From NCBI RefSeq assembly GCF_022045235.1, contig NW_027266268.1:18662001-18726000 (forward strand): DNA of 64,000 bases, written 5' to 3'. The position numbers and the translations under genes were made by a program. The stretch comes from Haliotis cracherodii. Lineage: Eukaryota. Each line of letters opens with the position of its first letter. Position 1 is the first letter of the stretch. The notes beneath the pieces are model-generated. The model did not search any database and was not told where the DNA came from. It worked only from the letters and a program-made list of their open reading frames with translations. This document shows positions 23,320 through 36,912 of this stretch, one piece after another.

Positions 23320-26300
23320 AATCTTTATTAATTTCGTACTCAAGAGGCCACAGGCCTTTTGTACACAATACAATTCAACTTAATTAATCATTACGATAGC
23401 ACATCAAATTGAAATAAATTATTTTCCACATATATACATCATGACAACCATAAATATGCTCATTTTATTCTGGCATAGATAGTATTTAATTAACAGTTAA
23501 CAATTTCATTTCTATGGGCAAAAGCATGGTAAATAAACATCGATAAATTCTTTACAACCTCTGTTCTCTCACATATTAATAAACTTATCAATTTACATAT
23601 GTTTGGTTCACTGTAATTGTATTTTGGTAAGTATTTTATTCTTAGTTCTAAATATAATGGACATCTGATAAAGAAGTGATACTCGTCTTCTACTTCATTT
23701 AAGTCACATGTTACATTTTCTTTGTTCTCTTGGGTTATTTATATATCTGCCTGCTTCAATATGTAGATCATGCGACATGCAACGAAACCCTGCCAATGCT
23801 TTTCTATATTTCGGTATGGTAATATCAACAAGATAGCATTTTCTATAAATGTAAGATTTAAAAAGTTTATAATAAAAGTGTTTATTTGATAATGCTGATG
23901 AAACATTCAATGATTGTAAATAAATATCTTTTAGTCTTTGTTTCGGTGACTGGATAAACTCAGCAGTATTATTGACCCGTTGATCATACCTAACATTACC
24001 AAAATCAGATTCAAATAAGAGTTCTCTAACACCAGTTGCCCAGTTGTTTTTACCATTTGAATCAAACAACAATAACGTATGATGACACTTTTTTTAAATC
24101 TATACAAAGACATATTTAAAATTCTTAACCAATATTTGATAACTTTAATATATGCAAAAATATACAGTAGATAGCGACCACAATCACCATAAACCATAAC
24201 CCCGGGTGTATTAACTTTTACACCTAAATATTTCTTACATGCATACAAGTGAATCTTTTCTATAGCATCTACTTTTGAGAGTCCCCAAATCTCTGCACCA
24301 TACAATATAATTGGACTTATTTTTACATCAAAAAGTTTGAAAAGTGTATTATAATCAAAGTTTAGACCACATACATTTCGTTGTATACCACTGAATACCT
24401 TTTGAGCTTGTAAGGATGCTTGGCTTACATGATATGTCCATGACAAACTTGTTATCTCCAATTTGTTACCTTTATAGTACCCTTTTTCATATTTTGATAA
24501 TCACCGCCGTTTAATAAATACAACAATTTTTGTTTTATTACTATTTACATTCAATTTCCATTCATCACAATACTTTTCTAACTCATTACTTTGTGACTGT
24601 CTACCTTTAATAGTACTTGAAAATAGTGCAATATCGTCTGCAAACAAAAGTGAAAACAATTGAATTCCATAGGAACAATTATTATTCTCATTGCAAATTC
24701 ATTGATGAAAAACGAAAACAGAAACGGGCTTAAGATACAACCCTGTCGTACTTCTAAATGACTTGAAAATGTAGGAGAGATAACTTGGTTATTTCTAACA
24801 CAGACTTTTATATTTTCATGAATGCTACATAACAATTTATTCATTTTAGAACTTGATCCATGAGTCTTAAAAAGATTCCAAAGTTTATTTCTTTGCACAG
24901 AGTCAAATGCTTTAGAAAAATCTACAAAAACTACATAAAACTTTCCACCCTTATTATTAAGGTATCTTTGTATTAAACAATGTAATATAAATATGGTGTT
25001 CACGGTACTATAATTCTTCTCTGAATCCAGCTTTTGACTCATTAATTTTGTTCATTGTACTAGCCCAATACACTAATCTTTTATTGATAATAAAAATAAA
25101 TATCTTGCTAAAAACGCTCAAAAGGGTTATACCCCTATAATTATCAGTGTTGTTTATATCCCCGCTCTTCTGGAGAGGTACAATTATTTCCACCGACCAT
25201 GAATTCGGAAAGGTTCTGTTTTCTAAAATGACATTAAATATTAGTTCAAGATATGGTACTAACAGGTCTGCTGAATATTGGAAAAATTCAGACATTAAAT
25301 TATCAATGCCAGATGATTTATTACACTTAAGTAGTCGTCCGTTTTATCATCCTCATTTATATTATCATTACATTCTAAAAATGACGCTTTTTTGTTTTTT
25401 ATTCATGCTTTTTAATTCTGACCAAAACAGTTTTGAATTATTTATATTTTTCTCTTACCTTTGTTTCCTCTCCATTAAATATTTATTTTGTTTATATTTA
25501 CAGATGGCAGTATACTTGTTTCTAGCGGCATAATATTCTTTTAGGTTACTTTCATTTTTGCAATTTCTAAATCTATTTAAATATTTACATCTTTCTTTAT
25601 TAAGCATTTCACACTCGTTATCAAACCATGGATTTCTTTTCACCCTTTCTCTAACTCGACTTACTTTTCGTTTTATATCACTAGCAGCTACACATAGAGC
25701 ATCTGCAATAGCATTAACACTTTTGTTTATATCAAAAATACATTTATCTAGAAGCTTTTGGATATCGCCTGTAAGTAAATTCTCTCTGAATGTGTTTAAC
25801 ATATTTTCATCCCAAACAAACGTATAGCTAATATTGCGCTTGCGTTATTATCAGGTGAAGTTCGGGTTCTATTACAACTCCTTAGCTTAATGCAAAGGGG
25901 TAGGTGGTCAGATTCGGGTCTAGACTGAATTTCAAAATCAACTATATAATCAAATAAGCGAGGCGAAGCAATTACATAATCAATTACACTTGTACCTTTT
26001 GCTCCAATGTATGTAAAGTCTCCAATATTTGTGTCTTTTCCACATCTTCCATTTACAAAATGAATATCTATAACTGAGCAAAGATCTAGTAGACTTTTAC
26101 CGAAGGTATTTATACACTTATCTAAAGAAAATCGCTCTTTGTTGAAAGAGTCAAACATAAGATCCCATGACGTATCTCCCTTGGTGTGTTAAATTATGTC
26201 GTCTGCTACATAGTCAGGTTTTATACCAGTTCTAGAATTAAAATCGCGACCTAGTAACAAATATTTACTATGATGTTTAGATAAAATATCACACAGTGTT

Positions 26301-27050
26301 TCTCGTAACAAATCAATACCATTTTTACATTGTGTACAGACCATGGCATACCAGGATGAGCCCTCTGGGTGTACATACACGCACGCGTAGAGTATGTCAG
26401 AGTCTAAATCTAATATGTCTTTATCAAACAATATAAAAATTGCATTGTCTTATACTTTTGTCCAAATAATATATTTACTCAAATCTCTTATTACCAAAAC
26501 TGCAATACCACCAGAGAGCCTGCCACACTTAGCAAGTTTATCAGCTGTTTTTGTAAATACATCAAAATCTCTAAATACATTGCATAGTTCTAAGTTATCT
26601 ATCCAGGTTTCAGTTGAACCAATTATATCAAAAGATTTGACATGATCAAGAAAATCATTATCTGAAAGTTTCTCCAAAACACCAGCAATGTTCCAAAATA
26701 TGTAACTGACATAGTTATCCTAACTGACAGAATGTGCATCGTTATCTCGTAATTGACTGGGATTAGTCTTTCTATCACGGCCCTGGCCACACCGCTAGTA
26801 TGACCCACGGCCCCTTCCTGATCCCCTAGATCCTCTCTGTCCACGAAGGGGTCGGGAACTAGATCTCAGTACCCTCTGTGGGTGCTTATCGACACCAAAA
26901 GAATCATTCTCACCGTCTTTTGGACTATGTAATGTCAAGATAGTTAAGTTGTTGTGTGTTCGCCGTGTAACGTCACACTCAGAAATATCCCAACTACATG
27001 TACATGGCGTGGCCGTTTGATAATCGTTCGGGACCAGAGAATCCAATGTT
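23320..27050 (-). mobile_element. Decayed LINE (APE endonuclease + reverse transcriptase; CR1/L2-like group), multiple frameshifts
   Basis: Endonuclease motifs FDIIGSTETW, GGIAV, RDFNSRTG, SVIDY, SDHLP; RT motifs YRGITLLSVFSKIF, FVDFSKAFDSV, RQGCILSPFLF, FADD; C-terminal LAGFRCMSHDLHIEAGRY; RG-rich probable ORF1 end near 26800-26870. Confidence 0.9.
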
Positions 27051-27951
27051 TGTTATACTGAAAAGCGATCAATGGCGTTGGGACCCCTACCCACACCAAT
27101 CCGTTAAGTTGCCCTTATGCGCAGCATAGCTTGCTGGCGGCCATCACTACGGGGTAGTCGCAAAATGACAAATGCATGGAGAGTTTTTTTTCCATAAATC
27201 TGCTAATTTGGTAATTTGTTGGTTGTTTTGTTGTTTAACGCCACACTCAGCAATATTCCAGCTATATGAGCCTGACTACATGATCCCGATAGTCGCCTCC
27301 TACGACAAGCATATTCGCCTTTTACGGCCAGCATGGTTGATGAAGGCCAATTCTACCCTGGATCTTCCCGGGTCTGGTAATTTGTTACCATAAACAAGTT
27401 TCTGTCCTCAGCTGATCTTCGTAGGAGGCATAAACAAAGACTGTCCAAACACATAGTTACAAAATAGACGTCCTCGTGATTAGATTTTTTTCTTGAAGTT
27501 GGGAAAAATCGGTGTTCTTCAATCATTTTACCACAAGTTATATACTTCATCATGTCAGAAGACCAAAACGTGCAAGTCTGCGAACGAAAGGTTGTCTGTC
27601 ATTTGAACACGTCTGCTTGATTTGGTACAAGTATTTCAAATTTGTCAACAACTATACGATTTGGGTGGGTGAAAAAGGGCCTCTATCCTATATCGTCCAT
27701 TGTCTCAATGGTTTTGATAACTCATTTAATGTTGGTTGTACACTTGTCAACACACTGCATGCTGACAATGAGAAATTGCCAATTCCAATCCGATTTCGAG
27801 GGCGATGAGCAGGTAATTGACACGTGTGACTTTCCGTCTAATTTGATGCATGCTGAGCTTGAATTGTATTTACACTGCCAATTCAAACTAAAATAATTAA
27901 ATGAAGGCTACATAAAGCGTATAGCAGATGCCGACCGGCATTACCATCGCC

Positions 27952-30900
27952 ATGCCGTTGCTGTGTCTGTACATCGCCGTAGCCTCCCTGGGATTGGCAA
28001 CAGGTATGTCCAAGATGTATGTTAGTGCATGCCCGTTTTTCAAGTGAGTTATGACCCGTGAAGATCCGGGGTAGAAAGGTGTTGATCGATCCATGATTGC
28101 CGAAAAAGGCGACGGATTACTAGAAAAACGGAGTACGAAATATAAAAGCCTGGCCGATATGTTTTATCTCAATACCACCAGAGTAAGTCAGTACCCAAAA
28201 CCACTTACTAACGAAATCTAAGTTTCGACGACCCTTTCTCTGACGGTACATGGGGGTAAAGACACATGATTTCGCCAAGGGTTATATACGTGTTCGCGGA
28301 CGAAGTAGAGAACAAGAATCCTTTTCAGCAGTGGGACTGCGATAGCCTGGTGTGTTTCCTGATATCCGGAAAAACCGAATAGCAAACAAGCAACTACACC
28401 AATACGGAACTAAAACCCTTTTCATATGCTATCCAACGGTACCACAAACGATGTACAACCACATATGTACCATTATTGAGGTGGCAAAAATGACCATAAA
28501 TAATTGAGAAATATCCACCAGTACAGACAACCCGGCTACTGCGCGAAAATCAAAGTTACAAAAACATTTTCAAAACATTAAGTTTGCATACATATACGAG
28601 ACAACACATAGCAAATCAATACAAGATAAAAGTATGCGATTCAATCGCCAGAGAATAAAAATTATGGGTAATTGCAATTCTCTAACAACGAATGTAAAAA
28701 AAACGGATTATGACGACCTCCGGACGTTGCCGAATAGTGACGTAACCCGTACAATAAAGAGAGAGGGAAGCAGTGAGGTCACAACATCGAGACTAGACTG
28801 GTTTCCCGACCCGGAGACAACTCTTAAGGACACAATTAATTTTTATGTTTGTGCCCAAACCCTCGATCATATTTTTTCCCCGCAGTCTCACAGTAATGTA
28901 TTATTGACGGAAATGTACACCTTGTGCCTTATAGATTTGGTGACTTTACACAGATGTGTTTACTCCCATGTGAAGAAAGTATTGTTTCATACTGTATATA
29001 TGCACTGCTATGTACTGAAACGTCCATGTCTTTTTTGTAGCCCCCCCGCCTCCGAACATAGCATTGAACAGACCAACAGGTTCGTCGACCGCGTTTTCGT
29101 TCTCAGGTGTTACTTATGGCCCATCTCTAGCTGTCGATGGAAACATAGACCCCATTTTCTTCAATGGGAGCTGTTTTAGCAGCGACGTTAACGACATTGA
29201 ACCTTTCTGGTATGTGGACCTTGAAGCGTTCTACGTCATCGACTCTATCACCCTTTTTAACAGAGGAGATTGCTGTGGTATGTATTAAATTATTTTTGAA
29301 ATGTTTACGATATATCTCACATTTCGTAAAAATGTAAAATGGGAATCTTTGTTTGTTTGCTTTCTAACGCCAAACTCAGTAATATTCCAGCTAAATGTCG
29401 GCGGTCTGTAAATATAATCAAGTTTGGACCAGACAATCCAGTGATTGACATGACCATCGATCCGCGCATTTGGGATTCGATGGCATGCATCAACCAGTTC
29501 AGCGAGCCTGACCATCCGCTCCCGTTGGTCGCCTCTTACGACAAGTATAGTCGCCTTTTACGGCAAGCATGGGTTGCTAAAGACCTATTCTACCCCTGAT
29601 CTTCACGGGAATGAGATGGTCAAAATGGTGGCTCATTGTGGATAGATCGTGGAAGATTTTCTATTTGTTAATGATATGGGCGAAATCGTACAGTCGAATC
29701 TACTTTTCACAGAGATGTCTTATGATTTCTTATAACTGTGGTGCTGAAAGGGAAACTAAGGGTTGACTGCGTGACAAACCAATCAAAGAAAAATCGAGTG
29801 ACGTACGATCAGCCCGATTCCAAATTGTAATGAACAGAAACCCATGCTTGCTGTACAATGCGACTATGCTTGTCGTAGGAAGGCGACTGACGGGATCGGG
29901 TGGTCATGCTCGCTGACTTGGTTGATGCATGTCATCGATCTCAATTGCGTGGATCGTTGCTCATGAAATCAATCTCTGGATTGTATGGTCCAGACTCGAT
30001 TACTTACACAGACTGCCGTTTTATAGCTGGGTTATTGTTGAGTGCGGCGTTAAACAACACACAAACAAACAAACAAAAATACAATGGTGTTAAAATCAAT
30101 TCAAAGTTTGAAATTCAGATCCGTTACATTTCTGTTTTCAGATGAGCGTATCAGAAATATAACTATCGAGGTATTTGACCGTTTCCCATTCACGGAAACA
30201 CCCGAGGTGTGCGGACTGGTCTCAGGTGGCGTTCCAGCTGCCGGAACTATAGCAATCATTTGTCCAGACTATGTGGTCGGTCGTTACATTCGGATATCTA
30301 AAATGGCACTTGATAATTTCGACACCCTCCAGTTCTGTGAGGTACAAGTCCAGGGATCGGCGTTACGTACGTATACAATGGTTTCTTTTACATTTCAAAA
30401 CATGATTTCATGTGCTACCTTCCCTCGATAATCTACAAATAATTAGCCCTGACGAGGTCAATATACGAAAACATGTGGCCGGTCCGGTCAGATCGCCGAA
30501 GGTGTCGGGTCCGAGGGTTCCTATTTTCGCATATTGACCTCGTCAAGAGAGATCAATTGTTTTGTTATACTTAAATTCACATTGGTGTTTATGAAGCCTT
30601 TAAACCGTCCTCTGTTTCATTACAATAACTTAGCTGCGGACCGTGAAGTGTTTGTACCAGACGGGGGGCACGGGGGGCCCAGTCGTCTAAGGCGCCGCGA
30701 TTCGCTGTGCAGAGTTGCGTCCCCTGGACACGCCAGAAACCTATGATTATGGGTTCGAATCCCGGTTCGCCCCGATTATGTGTCTAGGTTTGTCAGCACC
30801 ATACCCGTGCTCGTGGGTTTCACCGAAGTGGTAAACGTCTGAGACCTGCATCACTTCGGGCTTTCCACCCACATTAAGATATAAATGGAATACTGTTAAA

Positions 30901-33900
30901 AGCGGCGTTAAACCCAACTCACTCACTCACTCATTAGTACCAGACACCATCTTGTTTTCTAGCATACGACTCAAAACTCATCACGTGACAGGTCAATACT
31001 GATCATGTGACGAGTCAAAATTCGAGGTCAGTGTCAGTCTACATTTAAATGTACTGTTTCGACACGAGGTACGGATTAACCAAAGGAATTGCAAGATTCT
31101 GAAATGAGGTTTAGCAAGTTCTGTTAATTATTCCCCGTTCATAAAAACGGGCAAAACAAGAACGCCAATACCGTCGTTGGTGTTTAACTGTTGTATTCTC
31201 TTATTTTGTCCGTATTTTATTTTATTCTATTTTTGTCATTTCTTATAGTCTATCATAATCCTGTTTGGGTCGACTGGTTGCCTTGTTTGTGTTTTTAAAT
31301 ATTTTTATGGTATTATATGTGTGTTCGTTTTTTATGTTAAGGATAGAGCACGTCAGAGAGTTTTTATGATATTTAAAACCCGCATCGGGATAATTTGTTT
31401 AAATATGAACAAAAAACTAGGGGAAGTGTTAAATCTAACTTACAAACCGAAAAAAGAAACTTAAAACATTTATCAAAATTTGTATGTGTCAAACATACTT
31501 TCCATGGACCTTAGGAAACGGGCGTAAAATATCTGTTGATGGCGTACGGTACTTGAAAAAGACATTCTAAAAAGCGCCTATGTTACCTTGTGGTACACTC
31601 ACTGGGCTACAGATACGAAGGTTGTGTGTTCCATCCTGGGGAATATCAAGAAAACTACTGTCATTTGATTTTACATGATCTCATTTATTGTGTTAAAATG
31701 CAAAATATCGTTACCTAGCTAGAAACATACATATTTTTCAATCTGAACGGGAGTTGTATTCATAAACTCCCTGGGAGCTAATGAAATGATGACCCCAAGA
31801 ATTTATTTTCCAAATGAAATCCCTATTCAAAGATCACATTCGATGAAATAAAGTATTTTCTTTTTTAGTTTGTTTTCCGTATTTAGATTATAAACATTAT
31901 TTGGCCAATCGGAGATGTAGAAGGATTCAGTATAATCTTACAGAGCATATTGGCTTCTTTAACGGGTTGATCCGTATTTGTAACATATAGCACTGAGTGA
32001 GTATGATTTTACGCCGCTGTTAGCAATATTCCAGCAATATCACGGCGGGGGACACCAGAAATCGGCTTCACGCATTGTACCCATGCCGGGAATCAAACCC
32101 GGATCTTCGGCGTGACGAGCGAACGCTTTAACCGCTAGGCTACCCAACCGCCCCGACATATAGTAATACTGACATGAACCTATGAACGTAATTAAGGATA
32201 CCGTTATCGCAAGTGTATTGTAACCTAGTTCCGTAAGTAACCTAAAGTACTCACGGAAATGAAAAAAAACTGTTTTTCTCAATTTAAAAATCGACACAAA
32301 GTGTTACGTAGCTGTAAATACGAAATAACAAAACAACTCGAAAAGTACTAGTCTGGATTTGCTAGTTTGATCTCTGTGAACAATACAAAATGTACTTTAC
32401 AGGAGGTAATTTGTCGGCACTTTCAACATTCAAAAATAAAACTAAGTCCAAACTGACATAGCAGAAACAAACTATAGGCATTATGCACCTGTTCTCACCT
32501 GTCGTCAAGGTGTCATTGGTCACCTTGATCTACTTACACCTGGTTATGCCCTGTTTCACAATAGTCTGTTTTATTCACATTTTTACACACTTTTACATGT
32601 AAAAAGGTAAAAAACATTTGATACGCTGTATTTGTGCCACGGCCCAATTAGTACTAATTTAGTTGTTTGAATATTTACATATTTTGTAGATTAACTGCAT
32701 TTATTTAAGATCTGAGGTAAAAAAACCAGTTTTTTTTTCATTTCCGTGAGTACCTTTGTGCATATAATTACGTCATTTTTGGCAGGTCTTGTCGCCTTTG
32801 ATATACATAGATGCAGATGTTGTTTCGGCGCGCTGACACAGAAACTAGACTGTTTACTTTAAGATTAACATTTTATCCATATGTAAGGTAAAAACTTTAT
32901 ACCAGCATACATACCCTGTTATGCAAAGTTGCCCACACAGTAAATGTTTTCCTATATATATGAAAGGTCGCAGGAATTTAGTGGATAGTCATCAAGTGCG
33001 ACTAGTAAGGTTTGTTGGTTGGTTTGTTGTTTAAAGCCGCACTCAGCAATGTTCCAGCTATATGGCGGCGGTCTGTAAATAATCGAGTCCGGACCAGACA
33101 ATCCAGAGATTAATATCATGAGCATCAATCCACGCAATTGGGATCAATGACATGCATCCACCAAGTCAGCGAGCCTGACCACCCGATCCCGTTAGTCAGG
33201 CTCGCTGATTTGGTTGATGCATGCTTTCGATCCCAATTGCGTGGATTGTTGCTCATGATATTAATCACCGGATTGCCTGGTCCAGACAAGTAAGGTAGAG
33301 TACACAACAGTCTGAATGTCTTTCATTTGGATTTAAATCATACCTATCTTAGAAAATAAATGATGTTAGTACTACGTCAGCGAGTATCTTTGGATTAGCT
33401 GGAATGTACGTGTCTGATCAGAGGTACAATTCGACAGTCAAAACCATCGCAAGCTGAACAGTCTTTTGTGGCTCAAACATATTTCCAACATGAATGTATC
33501 GATGTATTTTGTCACAGCTTGTCCGGCCGGATATGAACAACTAGATCGCTTCTGCTTCTATAGTTCCTGCTTCGCGACTACATTCGCTCAGGCTCAGGTA
33601 ATCCTAGTTACCAAATCACACAATCGATCGCAAACAGCACAGGTACGAACAGTACTGGACATAGAAATGTACCACGGCACACACCAATGTGTCATGCATT
33701 TAGCTGGCAATCTGATGGGTTAGAATTGATACATGCTTGTCGTTAGAGGCGACTGTGTTTGTCGTAAGAGGCGACTTTGTTTATCATAAGAGGCGACTAA
33801 CGGATCGGGTGGTCATGCTCACTGGCTTTTTTGATGGATGTAATCGTATTTCAATTACGTGGATAAAATGCTCATGGTGTCAATCACTGGATTTCCTGTC

Positions 33901-34593
33901 CAGTCTTGATTTTTATACAGACCACCATCATATAGCTGGAATAGTGCTGAGTGCGGCGTTAAACAACAGACAATCAAATTTATTCATTCACTCACACACT
34001 CACTAACATATCAGGTGACTTCCTTTTCGGATTCACTCCGCCGCGCTACCCATGCGATTGATAGCCATGTATACATCTTATAACGCCGTGTGTTCCCAGG
34101 AGTACTGCAACATCCTCTTCACAGATCTGGCAGAAATTCGCACAACCGACATGAACAACTTCGTCACCTCTATCTTACCCGCTAATCCCAAAGGTGAGTT
34201 ACCTCCCCTGAATAGTTCCAGTATGTTAAAACATAATTCATTTCTCTGATTTGTGTTCAGAAATCGTATTGTGAGAATGAATTATAACTATATCTGTATG
34301 TGTTATATGTATGCTTTTTGTCTGCGCTACAAGAACGATTATGGGTAAAAAAACATGTGACCCGTGAAGATCCAGGTCATAAAATGCCTTCAGCAACCCG
34401 TGCTTTTCGTAAGAGACGACAAACGGGATCGGGTTGTCAGGCTTGCTGACTTTGTTGATGCATGTCATGGTATTTCAATTCCGTGGTTCGATGTTCAAGT
34501 TGTCAATCACTGGATTGTCTGGTCCAGACTCAATTATTTACAGACCGCCGCCAAACTGCAGAGTTCGGCGTTAAACAACAAACTAACAAACAA

Positions 34594-34624
<31 letters not shown>

Positions 34625-35808
34625 AAACAAACTAAAGCATTATGTCCACATTCCACGTACCTCATGCTTGTTAGAACAGCCGACCATGAGTGTCTGTGTT
34701 CACAACGTGTGACCTCGCTGATTGTGTGTCCAACCCAGACCGGAAGGTCCGGGGTTCAATCCCCAGCCGAGTCATACCAAAAGACGTTAAAAGATGGTAC
34801 TTGTTGTTACCCTGTCTGGCCCTCGGCATTAAGGGGCTAAAACAAGGACTGGTTGGTTCGGAGTCAGTATACTGTGTCTGAGTGGGATATTCATGTTAAA
34901 ACTGAGGCATGGCATTTCAGTGAGCTAGCACTATAAATCGGCATCAGTCCGGACAAGTACAAGCAGCCACAAGAAGACACACGTACCTGCACGTCGCTAT
35001 ATAAGTGCAATAATCTTGGACGCGACGTTAAACCCAATTTCACCTCACCTCACCTCCAACCCAGACATGGAATCGTTGCTCCTACCATTAACCACTGGTT
35101 TACCAAGACTCCATTATTTACTGCCCGCAATGACACAGCTGGAATATGCTGATTTCGACGTGAAGCTACAGTATCACACTACCCCCCTTCACTCGTTATC
35201 TTCTGTCCCAGTTCAGGAAGATCCGGGTTAGAATAGGTCTTCAGGAACCCATGCTTGCCGTAAAAGGCGACTGTGCTTGTCGTAAGAGGGACTAACGGGA
35301 TCAGGTGGTCAGGCTCGCTGACTTGGTAGATGCATGTCATCGATCCCAATTGCGTGGATCGATGTTCATGATGTCAATCACTGGATTGTCTGGTCCAGAC
35401 TCGATTATTTACAGACCGCCGTCATATAGCTGGAATATTGCGGAGTGCGGCTTTAAACAACAAACGAACAAACTTTCCCAAATCCTAAAAATGTTATTTT
35501 AACATTTATTCTCTATAGATGCCAACTACTGGATTGGTGCTACCGATATGGAAGACAAGGAGACCTGGCGGTACCTGTACGGAGACGCGGTCTATCCGAC
35601 CAACTTCACATATCCCCTTCTTAATGGGACCAGCCACATGACGCCGTTTCTGGGCCTCTCCGACTCACAGGTGGTGGGCAACGACCCGAGGTCTGACAAC
35701 TGCGCCCTGCTACGTTGCAACGACCACGGAAACTACCTCTGGGACCGACAAAGCTGCAACTCCAAGGAGTACTTCCTTTGTTGCGGTGTTCTTCCCACTG
35801 ACATTTAA
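27952..35808 (+). CDS. Secreted chimeric lectin: signal peptide + F-type lectin domain + C-type lectin-like domain, ~325 aa
   Basis: Exons 27952-28003 (MPLLCLYIAVASLGLAT-G|GTATGT; alternative ATG 27928), 29041-29277 (LAVDGN..SCFSS..NRGDCC), 30142-30366 (DERI..GRYIRI..FCEVQV), 33518-33597 (CPAGY..FCFY..FAQAQ), 34100-34193 (EYCN..LAEI), 35519-35808 (YWIGATD..NCALL..WDRQSC..YFLCC, TAA). All GT-AG with compatible phases, 978 nt; AATAAA at 35956-35961. Confidence 0.85.
29348..30076. mobile_element. Two SINE-like family A copies in opposite orientation in intron 2 (~29348-29609 minus; ~29838-30076 plus)
   Basis: Consensus matches on each strand. Confidence 0.8.
30663..30933 (+). mobile_element. 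tRNA-derived SINE family B
   Basis: Box A-like gcccagtcgtctaagg and box B ggttcgaatcc, (ACTC)n tail, TSD gtaccagac (30654-30662 / 30937-30945). Confidence 0.85.
31993..32155 (-). mobile_element. tRNA-Asp-like-headed SINE family D (degenerate copy at ~62783-62910)
   Basis: Head ggggcggttgggtagcctagcggttaaagcgttcgctcGTCacgccgaagatccgggtttgattcc, followed by gctggaatattgct..gcggcgtaaaa..(ACTC)n tail. Confidence 0.75.
32248..32752. mobile_element. MITE with ~25-bp TIRs and TA ends
   Basis: tactcacggaaatgaaaaaaaactg ... cagtttttttttcatttccgtgagta; no coding capacity. Confidence 0.8.
33012..33288. mobile_element. Family A SINE with inverted (fold-back) duplication
   Basis: Minus-strand copy joined to a plus-strand partial copy; whole composite flanked by agtaaggt. 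Confidence 0.8.
33731..35472 (+). mobile_element. Intronic SINE cluster: family A at ~33731-33976, ~34359-34590, ~35216-35472; family C at ~34730-35057
   Basis: Consensus matches in introns 4 and 5 of the FTL-CTL gene (span includes exon 34100-34193). Confidence 0.75.
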
Positions 35809-36912
35809 GATAGCATTGTTACCTCCAGCTTCATTTTCAACTCAGTTCTGTGTCTGCGTCAGTTCATCTCTCGTGGTTTATCTCTCTCGTACAGTATCAG
35901 CTAATTTACTCAGTATATAATGTCCATACACATTGTCGCTTGAAATGTAATTTGAAATAAATGCTAGTAATTTCATACTTTGAAGTTCCTTTATGCAGCT
36001 GATTGGCTGAATGGATAGTCACGAGATCTGATATTTGGAGTTCACACACCTGTGAACGGACAAAAAAGGTTCACACGATGTGAACATTTTTTTGGTGAAG
36101 TTGATCGTGAGAATATTTGCCGGCACTACTTCCGGGGTTTCCCCAAATTCGAAATCGGTCTTTACGATCAACTAGTTTTTCAACTTTCTTTTTGATCCTT
36201 GCTTGTTATATACCTTTTAAAGCGAACGAAATGTCGTACCCTGCTCAGATGTGGCCGCCGACACAGATCAAATCGAATGCTCCTGGACATTCCCAAACTG
36301 AAACCCGAAAGAAATCCAAGATTTTGAGAAACCATAAAACAAAATAAGGTTAGGAAAGTAACCTAAATTAGACCCCCCAAAAAATCTGGCCATTGCTGTT
36401 TTACCGATTGATGACTGGAGACGAAAACATATTGGCCGACCTCCTCCGTGCATTCTAGGCCGAGAAGCGGCGGCACTTGAAGATAGACGGGGCACAGACA
36501 TGAAGCTGGCACCAGGTCATACAGTAGGTCCATCTCAGGTGACAAAAAACACTAGCTAAGCAAAGTATTACAGCACACACGACAAATTCCAAACTCCAAA
36601 CATAACACAGCCTGACGTTGAAAATGATCACAGAACACAAAAGTTTCAGTGCATCCAATCCCCATCAGTCTATTCCACATCGTCCGAATTGGTTTCCGAC
36701 TGTCCAAACACATCCCCACACATTCATAAATCAGTGATATTCCCAATTTGCTAGTGCTATAGAATGGTTCATGCGTCGAGTGTTTTCATTAGTAAGAATA
36801 ATACATATTCTCCCGTTCGACTCGACATGCACCTCTTTACAAACTTTTATTACTCATCCGTGAAGAGATAACCCGTTGAATAAACATACATCGATATTAC
36901 ACATTGTTTAAT

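Noticed and set aside
19021-29040. Exon 19021-19075 as the primary first exon of the FTL-CTL gene via a 10-kb intron
   Set aside because: A closer signal-peptide exon with a GTATGT donor exists at 27952-28003, and 19021 is followed by its own decayed FTL exon; kept only as a possible alternative
32080-32155. tRNA-Asp gene; similar tRNA-like heads at 30663, 36913, 45157, 57767
   Set aside because: No clean cloverleaf; each head continues into a SINE body with a simple-repeat tail, mostly with TSDs
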